Positions 47,931 through 58,416 of a DNA stretch of 64,000 nt are shown piece by piece. The notes beneath the pieces are model-generated. The model did no database searches. It was not told the DNA's origin and saw only the letters and a list, made by a program, of their open reading frames with translations. Each line of letters starts with the position of its first letter. Position 1 is the stretch's first letter. Origin of the DNA: Schizochytrium sp. TIO01 (taxonomy: Eukaryota > Protista > Bigyra: Labyrinthulomycetes); assembly GCA_004764695.1 (NCBI GenBank), contig SMSO01000025.1, positions 1,488,001-1,552,000 on the forward strand. Direction: 5' to 3'. Made by a program: the position numbers and the translations under genes.

Positions 47931-50900
47931 TTATGCTAACTCTGCTTTCCAGTCGAAACCACGAAATGAGTCATGCTGAGAAGCAGTAAGACTTCTTCTA
48001 ACTGCACTAGGATCCTCACCTGTGCCAACCTCGCTCATTGAAGAATCAAGGTCGTTTCCATTAGTATCCTTCTCCACAGTTCTGCCACTATGGAATTGAG
48101 GTCCAATTCGTTCATCCTTTTCTACAGAGTGTGTATGACCACAGAACGAGGGAGCGACGTTTACAGCATGCATGGGCTCAGAAGCCGCGCGCTCCAGAGG
48201 GATATAAGACGACATTGACGTTTCATTTGGAGCTACGGGCGAGCTAGGCATGGATGGTGGTGACTTACTTCCAGACATAGATCTCATCCACCCTTTCATT
48301 CGACCCCAAGTAGAGCGGCTCGAGGATCGATGTAGCCCTATGTGTGGACCTGCGGTAACCTCCATTGAGGTCGTTGCACTTGAAGAACGGCTTCTAGAGT
48401 CGCTTCCACCATAGCTACATGCATCACCATTCTCAAAGTCACTTACGCTATCATCCATATGAGAATGTGTATCACTGACATGAATATCAAGGCCTGGAAG
48501 CATTGAGAAGGGTGCTGTAGCAGCAGAATTCTCATCCAAATCACCTGCATTGATAGCCCAGCTATAGGGAGATGAAGGAGAAGTGGGGGTAAGAGAGCCA
48601 CTACTGTGGCTACTCGTACTCGTCCCCTGCGATCGTTTACGTAAGATTGGTAATCGACCTGATAAGGACTTACGATGTGGAGCCGTTGTCTGAGGCGCGC
48701 TTATACTTCGATCTGATGTGTTAAAAGCACTCTTGCGAGTCTGCACTGCCCCAAGAGACTTCCTTCGCGCATTGATATCTACAGGTTCGAGGGCTTGCTC
48801 ATGGACGTCGAAAAGATCGGAAGAGCTGGTGGAGCCTACAAGAAATATGTTATTGGAAGAGTTCTGCCGAGAGAATGAGGTTTTACGTTCTTGGCGATGT
48901 AGGTGTAAGCGTGGTACAAGCTTGTGAAATCCACTGCTATTTTTTAATGACATCCAGTTGAAGCCATTAAAAAATGAGTGACGCTTGATTTGTTCGAGTT
49001 TTAGTCGTTGGTGCGGCCGGCGACAAAGGCAACCTATAATAAGGTCGCGAGCTGAATCAGGTACCTGAACTCCAAGAGGGAAATCAAGGCTCTTCTCAGG
49101 ACTTAAAATAGCCATAAAGAGTTGTCGTTGTTCAAGTTCGGAAAGTGCTCCATTTTCTATGCCTATAGCCCAAAATGGTGGAGCGCCATACAGTAATTCA
49201 AATAAAAGAATTCCAAGCGCCCATGAATCTACAGCACTGCTTTGATTTTCGCCACTTACAACTTCAGGCGCCATATATTCGATCGTACCTACAAAAGAGG
49301 TTGAACGCAGGTCGACACAGCCATTATCTTTATCAAAAGTGCCGGCTTTAGATATTCCAAAGTCACCGATGCGAATATGGCCATCAACATTAAGCATAAC
49401 GTTTTGAGGTTTCAAATCTCTGTACACGTATCCCGACCGGTGCAGAAAAAGCAAACCTTCTACAAGCTCACCCATGATAAATTGCACATGAATAGGGTTG
49501 AGTCCAAATTCGAGCAAGAGGTCACGAGGCGCGCGCCGCCTCCACCCAGGTTTCTCAAAGTACCCAATGTAGCTCAGCGCACCAATGAGGCCCTGTCCTT
49601 CTGCAGCCGCATCCATAGCCAGTCGATACCGCTCTTTTTCAAGTGTAGGTTTGCGGATCTCATGTTCACGAAGCATAGCCTCATGAAGATTGCCACCAGC
49701 GCAATATTCCATTACGAAGAAGAGCATGTCATCAGAATGAAATGCAAATTGGAGGTGGGTGATAAATGGCGAATCTTCAGAGCGCGTCAGAATCTCCCGT
49801 TCGGTAATGATACGCTCAATCTTATTTGTTGTGACGATTTCTGCTTTGTTGAGAACCTTCATAGCAAAGCGCTTGCAAGTTTCTTTGTGTTGCACAAGGT
49901 ACACTTGGCCGCTTCCTCCTGTGCCGACAATGCGCAAGGGTTCAAAATCCTCTGCTCTGGTCCTGGATGCTGTGAGTCCAGCCTCAATAATATCATCTTC
50001 CGTGCCTTGGATAATCGAAGAGGTTTCGGCATCATGAGTGTTTACATCAGCCCCAATTAAATTTTTTGAATTGGCGATTTGATTAGAATTATCCTTTGCG
50101 AGATGCAAAAATCCTCCTTTTTCGAGAGCGGGGCTCATAACTCTCTGATGAGGATGACTTTTTGGAGAGTGCGTCCCTTCGGGCTTTATAGCACGAGATA
50201 ACTCTGCTTCGTGACGTGAGTGAAACGATAGGGATCTCCAAGTGCGCTCAAAATTCTCGTTGCCGATAGTCCATAGCTCATGCACACTGTCCATATGGTA
50301 GATTACATCATCTTCTTCCTCACTTTCAGTTTCAGAGCCGCATGTGTCAAGCGAAGCAATCCGTGCCAGTAAAGGGTTTCTTGGTCCTCGTTGGTAAGGC
50401 TGTTGTTTGAGACGAGAACTTATTCCCAAAGAGTGTTGGCCTTCATCATCCGTTAAGATTTCTTCTATCTCCGAGTCGGTCATAACCTCGCTGTTTTCGG
50501 ACGCAGTCCCTATAGAGCCTCGGCGAGCCTGATTTTCCCGTAATCTACTTAAATGATCTGCAACCTTGATATGATCCCCTTCTTCATCATCAGTACTGAC
50601 AGCAACGCCTGCTTCTGCAGAAGTTGCCCTTGTCCTGGCCCTTGACTTTGGTAGTGTGGGTGCAGTGGTTGCGTTCTCATCAGACTTAACCTTGGGAAAT
50701 CCCTTGAGTCTGGATGTTACGACAGAAAGCTTATCCATTTCCTTGAGGCCTCCGACGTGACCATTTTGATGAGACCATACGCGAAGTCCGCATCGCTTGA
50801 GTTCTGAGCGAAACCTACGGCCCTCTACAGGTCCCCTCGAAAACCTCTGAACTGCAACAATCTTGATGCCAGCAGTTCTCCATCTCTGCCTTGCGCCCCT

Positions 50901-51596
50901 CTTAGTTTGTAGGGCTTTAAGGAAATGATTTATTGCGACAACGCGGTACAGAGCTACGCGCCATGATGCCTGGCATCTTTTTCTCGCTCGAAGTCTCTCA
51001 CCTGCGTCTGAAAATGCTCTTGCAACACGCCAGTGCAGAATTGATTTTCGCCATCTTAGTTGCGAAAGCGTCGGTCCTGTAGTTCTGCGCTCAGAGGTTT
51101 TGTGTCTCCGCCTTGACTCTGCCAGCGCTCGCTCTATAGCTGCTGCGTCCGAATCTTCAGTATGGTCACTGCAACTTGAGTCTACGTCATATCTGCGACC
51201 CTTCAGATCGCTTTTCTGAGTCTTGCTGACCAAGTCATTTGGCCTGGCGACTTGAGCCTCCAGGTGACCCTTGACCACAGATTTGTGAAATTCAGAAGTA
51301 TCATTTGAGAAATTTGTATCAGAACGAGGTTTGCCACTCGTTGGAAACTCCAGCTGGTTCTTTAAGTCCTTTTGGCGTTGGTGCTCCTCATGTTGGCCAC
51401 CGATTTGGGTTGCAAAGGGGCCTTCAATTTCATTCCCATGGAGCATTTCCGATGTCTGCAAACGAGACTGGCCTTGGCTGGGATAGGGAACCTGCGAAGG
51501 TTCATGAGCTTGCAGCTTATCTTCAGAAGCTGGCATGGGAACCCTGTGAATTCCAAGAGAGCTCTGTGAAACAGGTTGAAGCCCAGAGCCGCTCAT
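47931..51596 (-). CDS. AGC-group Ser/Thr protein kinase with long N- and C-terminal extensions
   Basis: Kinase domain ~48969-49946: VGTGGSGQV, FAMKVLNK, TEREIL, YRDLKPQN, DFG, SFVGTIEYMAPE, DSWALG. C-terminal FRGFDW hydrophobic motif. The track start at 51653 is TTG; the first ATG is at 51596. Confidence 0.93.
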   Translation of the reverse strand: MSGSGLQPVSQSSLGIHRVPMPASEDKLQAHEPSQVPYPSQGQSRLQTSEMLHGNEIEGPFATQIGGQHEEHQRQKDLKNQLEFPTSGKPRSDTNFSNDTSEFHKSVVKGHLEAQVARPNDLVSKTQKSDLKGRRYDVDSSCSDHTEDSDAAAIERALAESRRRHKTSERRTTGPTLSQLRWRKSILHWRVARAFSDAGERLRARKRCQASWRVALYRVVAINHFLKALQTKRGARQRWRTAGIKIVAVQRFSRGPVEGRRFRSELKRCGLRVWSHQNGHVGGLKEMDKLSVVTSRLKGFPKVKSDENATTAPTLPKSRARTRATSAEAGVAVSTDDEEGDHIKVADHLSRLRENQARRGSIGTASENSEVMTDSEIEEILTDDEGQHSLGISSRLKQQPYQRGPRNPLLARIASLDTCGSETESEEEDDVIYHMDSVHELWTIGNENFERTWRSLSFHSRHEAELSRAIKPEGTHSPKSHPHQRVMSPALEKGGFLHLAKDNSNQIANSKNLIGADVNTHDAETSSIIQGTEDDIIEAGLTASRTRAEDFEPLRIVGTGGSGQVYLVQHKETCKRFAMKVLNKAEIVTTNKIERIITEREILTRSEDSPFITHLQFAFHSDDMLFFVMEYCAGGNLHEAMLREHEIRKPTLEKERYRLAMDAAAEGQGLIGALSYIGYFEKPGWRRRAPRDLLLEFGLNPIHVQFIMGELVEGLLFLHRSGYVYRDLKPQNVMLNVDGHIRIGDFGISKAGTFDKDNGCVDLRSTSFVGTIEYMAPEVVSGENQSSAVDSWALGILLFELLYGAPPFWAIGIENGALSELEQRQLFMAILSPEKSLDFPLGVQVPDSARDLIIGCLCRRPHQRLKLEQIKRHSFFNGFNWMSLKNSSGFHKLVPRLHLHRQERKTSFSRQNSSNNIFLVGSTSSSDLFDVHEQALEPVDINARRKSLGAVQTRKSAFNTSDRSISAPQTTAPHRKSLSGRLPILRKRSQGTSTSSHSSGSLTPTSPSSPYSWAINAGDLDENSAATAPFSMLPGLDIHVSDTHSHMDDSVSDFENGDACSYGGSDSRSRSSSATTSMEVTAGPHIGLHRSSSRSTWGRMKGWMRSMSGSKSPPSMPSSPVAPNETSMSSYIPLERAASEPMHAVNVAPSFCGHTHSVEKDERIGPQFHSGRTVEKDTNGNDLDSSMSEVGTGEDPSAVRRSLTASQHDSFRGFDWKAELA

Positions 51597-54385
51597 GGTG
51601 CCGCTCAGAATGGGCGACCACACTAAGACCCACGCACTAGCTGCGGTCAGCAATCTAGATGACTGCGCTATATATCAGGATGCCTTGTTTGTGCTCTCAA
51701 ATCTGGAAGTGCGGAGGGTGTCCGCTGCGCGGCGCGCTTTGGCCGTCGCTGCGGACTCAGACTCTCGGTCTGCTGCAAGAAGAAGGAGGCCGTCATGTGG
51801 GCTAATAAAATACGGTCTAACTAGGTTATAATACTCCACATTAACCCCCAACACATGTATAAATACAGTATTTATAATATCCATATTTTGAATTAAGGTG
51901 TAGTCAGGGAGTAAGAGGTGTGTGCTCTGCTCGCAAGGTGCAACTTGATAGTGATTCTGAAAATAAAGCTCTTCATAAACGAAGGTCTTCAAACGCGGTA
52001 GCATATAAGATAGCTTCGGCCTCTAAGTCTATGCAGCTCGAGCTGCCCAAGCTCAATCCGGCTTCTCAGAGGGTTTCCGCCAAGTCTCACTGGTCTCTAT
52101 CGGTCAAGCTGGTTCACAAGAATGGCTCTTTTGTCCACCTTGCTTTATCGCACTAATAATTCAATGACTATGACACAAGTTGAAAGAAAAATGTACATAA
52201 ATTGATGCAAAAGCGGTCTCAAGGCATCTCAACAAATGATTGAGCTTGAGTAGCTGAGTAGAACCTTGCGCATATTTGGCAAGGGATCTCCTTCATGCTC
52301 GCCACTGCTGCGCATTGGAAAATCTATATGGAGAAATTCTGTCCAGAACATATTTCTTTTCTCTTTTTTTTTCAAGACAAGTTTGCGTTTACTAGCATTA
52401 TCACTTTTTAGTTTTGCAACAAAAAAACGAATTTGCACAGGAAAGCACCTTTTGCCAAAGGCGCCAGAAAATGCGTCTTCTTCTTCTCTACAGTGTATCA
52501 ATTCTCGCTTATTTGCTTCTGAAACCCTTCTCTGGGGAAAGTCTAGCGTCTATCAAGTTAGGAGACAATCTCTCGTTCTTGTCCCAATTCATCATCGCTT
52601 CTAGCAAAGCGCCTACTCCAAACACCCCAAGAGCGCACGACATTTCTTCATACTTCAACAATTTTCATTTGTTTACTCTGCACCGGTCTTCATTATTGTT
52701 TACAGCCGCTTCGGCGCACTCAGAAATGCGGAGAGCCAAAAGTGCATTTGAAGCTGCAAGAAACTGGATTGTCTTAAACTTGGCAAAATCACCGAGAAAC
52801 ATATTCACAACGTCCAAGTTTCGCGTCAAGCTGTGCAAGAACGACCTCTTTGCGGTTTTTATTGCCATATTCACTGATTCTTGCCTCGATCCTCGTTGAA
52901 ATCTCTGTAGAGTCCTTCAGTTAAACCTCAGGAGGTCGGTTACGAGGGCCCAGATTTCAACTATATCGCCTTCATGCTTTACTTAGCCTGCATGTTCAAG
53001 GCTCAGAGCAAAACTCCGGACAACGTCACGAAGCTTGTTATTATTTAGTATTGTCGTTGCTCTACCTCGACAAATTAGCGCTGCAAATTTTCCCTGACGA
53101 TAGATGTAGGATCTTATAATTCTCTTGATAATTGGGAAGGGGAAGGAAGTCTTAAATCTCCACTTCTTGTGGTTCGCTGCAAGCTAAGCCTGAGGCTAGC
53201 GCCATTCGCCGCTTGCATGATCCAAGTTACCTAACCTGTAGCGTTCACCAGTCAGAGGCTACTTTATCATTCCCTTTGCCTGGGTAAGAGGACCGTACTT
53301 CAAGGCAAATCACACGTTGTCTAAACTGTTCTGATACTGCACATGCGCTTACATGGATAGCACTCAATATTTGCCAGGAGGTGCCTGCGAATTACTGAGG
53401 TGAGGTTCGGTACTCTCGAGTCTTTCGAGCTCTTCCTTTGCAGACAGACTACAAAGAAACAAACTGTATTTTAGAGCGAGCAACGCACCACTTCGTACCA
53501 CTTCGTAGCCTTCATACTCCCCACCTGTCCACGGTATCGCGGCGGCGTTGAAGTCATTCACATCGTTTTCAAGTGCGCCCTTCGCTTACAGAGCACTCGC
53601 CTATTTCTACTAGCAGTCACTAGCAGTCACTAGCCGTGTTCTGCGTTCTCGTTAAACAAAGAAGAACGAGCTCCAGATGAAAACACAGAGTTAATTAATC
53701 CCCACCTCCCCCACTGAAGGCCCCGAAAGACAGTGGGGGTCCCCCCTACACGGAAAACTTTCGGCGATTCCAAGTCCCGTGGTCCACCAAGCTACACTGC
53801 CTTTAACCTTCCCAGTGGACGGAGTGGCGCAAGAAACCCCTTGTGAGGGGAGCGGGCTCGTCCAGCTCAAGACATTTCTTGGGACGGGTGTGGATCTTGC
53901 ACCGGTGGCTGTGGGTAGCTCCATATGGCCGAAATCATAAGGATGCCAAGAGAAACGAGAATGAATCGCCAAACAGCCCCGCGGAAGGAATCCGAAGAAA
54001 AGGCAGAACTGAGCGCAGCTATTTTGAAAAGGATCCGCAAAAGGACTCGAAGAGATAGACCAGGATCTGGTGATCCAAGCGGCAGCGCAAGGCAGCGCGA
54101 GCGAGCCTCGCAGAGGCCGGCGCCAACTCAGGATTGGCAGCTGGCAAGACCGGGACTCACTCGGACAAAGAAGAGGCCTCAGTTCGAGTCCCCGGCGCTC
54201 CCTGCCTTAAATTTGAAAATGCGCAGAGCTCCAAGGCGCCGCGGAGGAGGATTCGGGCGCAGAGTTTGGAGAGATCTTCTTCTTTGCGGTCGATAATGCC
54301 TCTTAGAGCGGTGGCGGCGGCGGCGTTTCGTTCGACGTATGGAGGGACCGCTGTGGTTCTGAAGCCGCTGAGCAGGCTTCGAAGA

Positions 54386-54538
54386 ATTCCAAGGATTCAT
54401 TCCAAGGATTCATTCCAAGGATTCATTCCAAGGATTCATTCCAAGGATTCATTCCAAGGATTCATTCCAAGGATTCATTCCAAGGATTCATTCCAAGGAT
54501 TCATTCCAAGGATTCATTCCAAGGATTCATTCCAAGGA
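54386..54538. repeat. Perfect 13-bp minisatellite (ATTCCAAGGATTC) x ~11.8
   Basis: Direct head-to-tail copies with no spacers. Confidence 0.95.
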
Positions 54539-54772
54539 GGTCCCGCAAGAAGGACCGCGGCTTGCGCGAGGACATCGGCCTTGGCGGGAGGGAGCCCTGG
54601 CGAGGGCCTTGGAGAAGGCCTTGGCGACTTTTGGACGCGCCTCGGAGGCTTGGCGGTCTCCGCATTCTTCGCAGACGTTTACATACAGTCGAGTTTGGAT
54701 GGATAAACCTGGAGCCTCATCAAGTTTCGAAGATCGACCTTGGGTTTTGCGACAGACAGAGGACCTCCTCAG

Positions 54773-54816
54773 CACCGTTGGCGATGCCACCGTTGGCGAT
54801 GCCATCGTCGGCGATG
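54773..54816. repeat. 15-bp tandem repeat x3
   Basis: caccgttggcgatgc caccgttggcgatgc catcgtcggcgatg. Confidence 0.8.
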
Positions 54817-55356
54817 GAGAGGAGCTCCGCAAAGCGTGGAGCCCGAGGGTCTATCTGCTGCTTGCCATTGGCGGATACACTTGAAGTTTAGCTCGATTTC
54901 CAGAGGCTTCAGAATGGGATCGAGGCCTGCCTGCCCCCATGTGAGCGAGTGCGCCTCTGAAGACCCCGATCGATCGAGCAAGGTCTGTCTGGATTGGTGC
55001 AGTGAGCTTGTTTACGCCTGCTCAACGAATCGGGCGTGGACACTCACACCTGCAGGCTCTGCTGGGCAATTTGGGATCGCCTTGCCGCAAGTTTTCTGTG
55101 ATGGATTTGTTTAGCTATCTATGATCTATCTATCCATCCATCCATCCATTCTCTCCGAGCTTAAGAAAGAAAACAGTCCCGTCCCATTGAAAGAAGTGTT
55201 TTTAATGTTGTGTAATTGACGCCTTCTACAGTCTTCTTGTTCTTCTCGTGCGCTCTTCGCGCAGCCAGCTCCTTGCGACGGCGCTCTCCAAGTGGTTTTC
55301 GGGAGGCTCTTCTTGCTCTTTCTTGGCTTTGGCTGCAGACATGTGACAGCAAACCC

Positions 55357-55483
55357 GTTCGTTCGTTCGTTCGTTTGTTCATTCATTCGTTTGTTCATTA
55401 ATTCGTTTGTTCATTCATTCATTCATTCATTCATTCATTCATTCATTCATTCATTCATTCATTCATTCATTCATTCATTCATT
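55357..55483. repeat. (TTCG/TTCA)n compound microsatellite
   Basis: Degenerate gttc/ttgttc units grade into about 18 perfect TTCA copies at 55410-55483. Confidence 0.9.
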
Positions 55484-56306
55484 TTTATAAAAATTGAGTA
55501 TCCGTTCAGTCCATTTGCGACCCTTCTGCTCGCGAAAGTAGCGAGTGAAAATACGTCCTCAGGAGAACCTCATTCCATATATGCTATCCACGTTGCAAGT
55601 ATTCACATTGCAAGAGAAAGTTCTGCGATATGATTCTTTCTCTGCTTCAAAGGTTTGGTTTGAGAAACTTTCATTTTGCTCAATCTCGGTTCTCGTGCCT
55701 TGGCAAGACTGCTTTAGCGACTATTCTTTGTATCTCGGCTGGCCAAGATTGCGAGCGGGCTTTTGGACAGGCCGAAAGGGACGCAGAGCTCTAGCGACGG
55801 AATGCTCAAATGGAAACGGCGGCCTGCGTGGGATGGGCTTGAAAGTGAAACTAGAGTTTTTAGGGGGAAATTATTATTATTGTTTTTAATTTTAGTTTTT
55901 TTTAATTCATCATCATGATTGTGATTGCATTGAAGAAGAGAACTATATAGATCCTTGACGGCTGTCACGGTAGCTAAGCTGAGGCCGCGAGAGAGATAAA
56001 CAATATAGGCCTGCTGCAGGAGCTTTGTCCTAAGGCAATCCATATATATCCCCATTTGGATTTTGTTTTTTTAATCATAAAATCCCTAATAAAAGATCTT
56101 TTTAGGTCTGAGGAAAACTTTGAACTTACTTTGAGTTTCGCCAAAATAAAAGCCCACTTTTGGATTTTACGCAGGATACGAAGAAGCGAATCAAAACAGT
56201 CAAAGACTGTGAAATCTTGGCGAAAGAAAAGAGGCACCTAGGTTGTGCTACTCAGCCATCAGAACTCTCCCCAGCAAATCCAAAACGCGAAGTGCAGGGT
56301 TACCAT

Positions 56307-56308
<2 letters not shown>

Positions 56309-56349
<41 letters not shown>
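56309..56349. repeat. (AG)20 microsatellite upstream of the DSP-like gene
   Basis: Perfect dinucleotide run. Confidence 0.95.
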
Positions 56350-56351
<2 letters not shown>

Positions 56352-56609
56352 AGGACACGAGCGCAGGCTCAGAAGTCCATTTATAGGTGTAAAGCGCCCA
56401 CAATTGTTCCCTGGTGGCGATCTCTTGCAGGCTCGCTTGCGTACTTGCCACGATCAGATTGATCCAAGCCAAGATCTTGAGGAGAAAGATACTTGCGAGG
56501 CTACAGTTTTTGCTGGGACGGAGTAGAGAAGGCTACACATCCTTTAGTAGGTGTTGTAGCAGTTGTTGTGTTGGACTAAGGCATTCTGTAAGCCAGCAAC
56601 TGGGACACG

Positions 56610-57617
56610 ATGCAAACACGAGGCCAGGCACGCAAAGCCGAATTGCTCAGATCGGCAGAAGCAGGAGAGATACAACGAAACGAACAAGGAGCTGAAGAAT
56701 CAGTTGACGTGAGCAGCAACAAGAGCGTCAACGAACAAATTGTACAAGATAAGGACGACGTGATCATGACGAGCATGGCCAAGCCCAAAAGCAAGAACCT
56801 TAGGCACAATTCCGCACAAAAGCTGGAGCAAAAGGTGGTGGAAAGATTTGATGATGAAGAAGAGGATGATCAAGACGAACTCGGTCTGGATGAAGCAGAT
56901 ATTAAATTTGATGGCACGGAGTTTGTCAAGGGTGTATTCTGTGGTGGCGAAGGCTGTGCTCTTGATAGAGAAGGGCGTAAGGCCAGAGGAATTACGCACG
57001 TAGTAAGCATTTGGAGCAACTTCGAGCAGCGCCGGCCTCCTGACCAGAATATGGTTTCGTCGGGGCATTGGCGGCATTTTAGTCGCGAGAACCGCCCTAC
57101 AGCAGACATGCTAAACCTACTTGATGATGCCGTGGCTTTCATTACGAAGGCACTTCATGACAATGGGCGAGTCTGTGTGATTTCTCTTGAGGGAGTGTCC
57201 CGGTCAGCGACAATTTGTGCTGCGTATCTAATCAAGACATTGAGCATGTCGCTTCGCTCTGCCACAGAGTTGCTTTCCACGGCGCGTCCACGGGTAAGCA
57301 TCAACCGCGGCTTTTGGCGTCAGTTGCTGGTATACGAAACCCAGATCCGCGGAATCGGCTCCATGACCGAGGAGGACTTGCCTGGCGCAATTCTTTTTGA
57401 AAAGGACGACCTGGATGCAATTGCAGACTTGTATCGTGCCTCAAAGCAGCCTATCTCCCCTACAACTGCAACAGGGTTTGGCATGCTCTCGTTGCTGTCG
57501 CATGATTCTAAACGCAAAAGTTATGACTGGCGCAACGCGACTTCCCCGAGACTGAAATCACCCCGTGGCTCCATTGACCAGCTTGATCATGCGTTAGAGA
57601 GCAAAGCCGAGGTTTAA
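56610..57617 (+). CDS. Dual-specificity phosphatase-fold protein, probable pseudophosphatase
   Basis: EFVKGVFCGG, GITHVVSI, LLDDAVAFITKAL..GRVCVISLEGVSRSATICAAYLI and ARPRVSINRGFWRQLLVYE are DSPc hallmarks. The HCx5R loop reads ISLEGVSR. Confidence 0.88.
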   Translation: MQTRGQARKAELLRSAEAGEIQRNEQGAEESVDVSSNKSVNEQIVQDKDDVIMTSMAKPKSKNLRHNSAQKLEQKVVERFDDEEEDDQDELGLDEADIKFDGTEFVKGVFCGGEGCALDREGRKARGITHVVSIWSNFEQRRPPDQNMVSSGHWRHFSRENRPTADMLNLLDDAVAFITKALHDNGRVCVISLEGVSRSATICAAYLIKTLSMSLRSATELLSTARPRVSINRGFWRQLLVYETQIRGIGSMTEEDLPGAILFEKDDLDAIADLYRASKQPISPTTATGFGMLSLLSHDSKRKSYDWRNATSPRLKSPRGSIDQLDHALESKAEV

Positions 57618-58416
57618 GAGAGATTTGCTTACACAAGGCACTTTTCTTCGCACTGCCAATTGTAAAAACTGCAAAAGAGAAAGAGAAAATCAAGGTGTCC
57701 GTATATGCTTCAGATCAGCCAAACCCACACTTACAGTGTCTCACAACGTAATCTTCGTACTTTCCTGATTGATTTAAATTTTGCGGAAGGGACTATCACA
57801 CAGAACCAAAATAAGGACATTAAAGGAACATGACATGGAGGGTAAGGAATGATCGGTCTGGATAGATGACAAGGGACCCGTCTCGTCAGATTCTGTGCAT
57901 TAAACAGTAATCATGACGGATCTATCCAGATTTGAATCGACTAATCAGAGACTGCAATGGACGTGTGAACCACGATGATGGTCTTTCACAGCTCTTGAAT
58001 CACGGTGTTAATGGTAACTTCGTACCGACGGGCTTCGGTCAAAGGTCACCTTTTGTCAAGATTTTATTATTATATTTTTATCATATCTTTTCAATTATTT
58101 TTTATATTCATATTTTCGTTTGTTGGTCATCTTGAGAGTTTGGATCAGTATCTTATATGTGTATGTGCGCAATCTCCAGATATGTTGCCATTAGTTTCAA
58201 AGTAGCGAGGTTGGAGGAAACAGATTTCTTTACTTATATGCCTATGGAAACGAGCAGTACGTTGCCAGCTCATCAAACACACAAAGCCAGCTAGGTATAT
58301 ACAGAGCACAGATTTATGTAGCTACTAGAAGGAGAAGACAATAAAGAAGCCAGAAACAATAGCGAGTGGTAAAACCAAGAGGTTGTTTGCCTCGTGAATT
58401 ATACAGAGGAAAAAAA

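Noticed and set aside
53770-53915. Cobalamin-riboswitch-like words on the minus strand (CCGGTGCAAGATCC, CCACTGGGAAGG) and hammerhead-like CTGAAGG..GAAA on the plus strand
   Set aside because: The 5' GGGAA, GCAACTGT and AGYCRGRAGACC elements are missing, and the hammerhead core CUGANGA is not matched. The resemblance is partial only.
54386-54538. CRISPR array or telomeric tract
   Set aside because: There are no spacers and no cas genes, the context is eukaryotic, and the 13-bp unit is not a TTAGGG-like repeat.
54134-54706. 190-aa ORF with repeated IPRIHSKDSFQGF
   Set aside because: It is a by-product of a stop-free 13-bp minisatellite; no domain signal.
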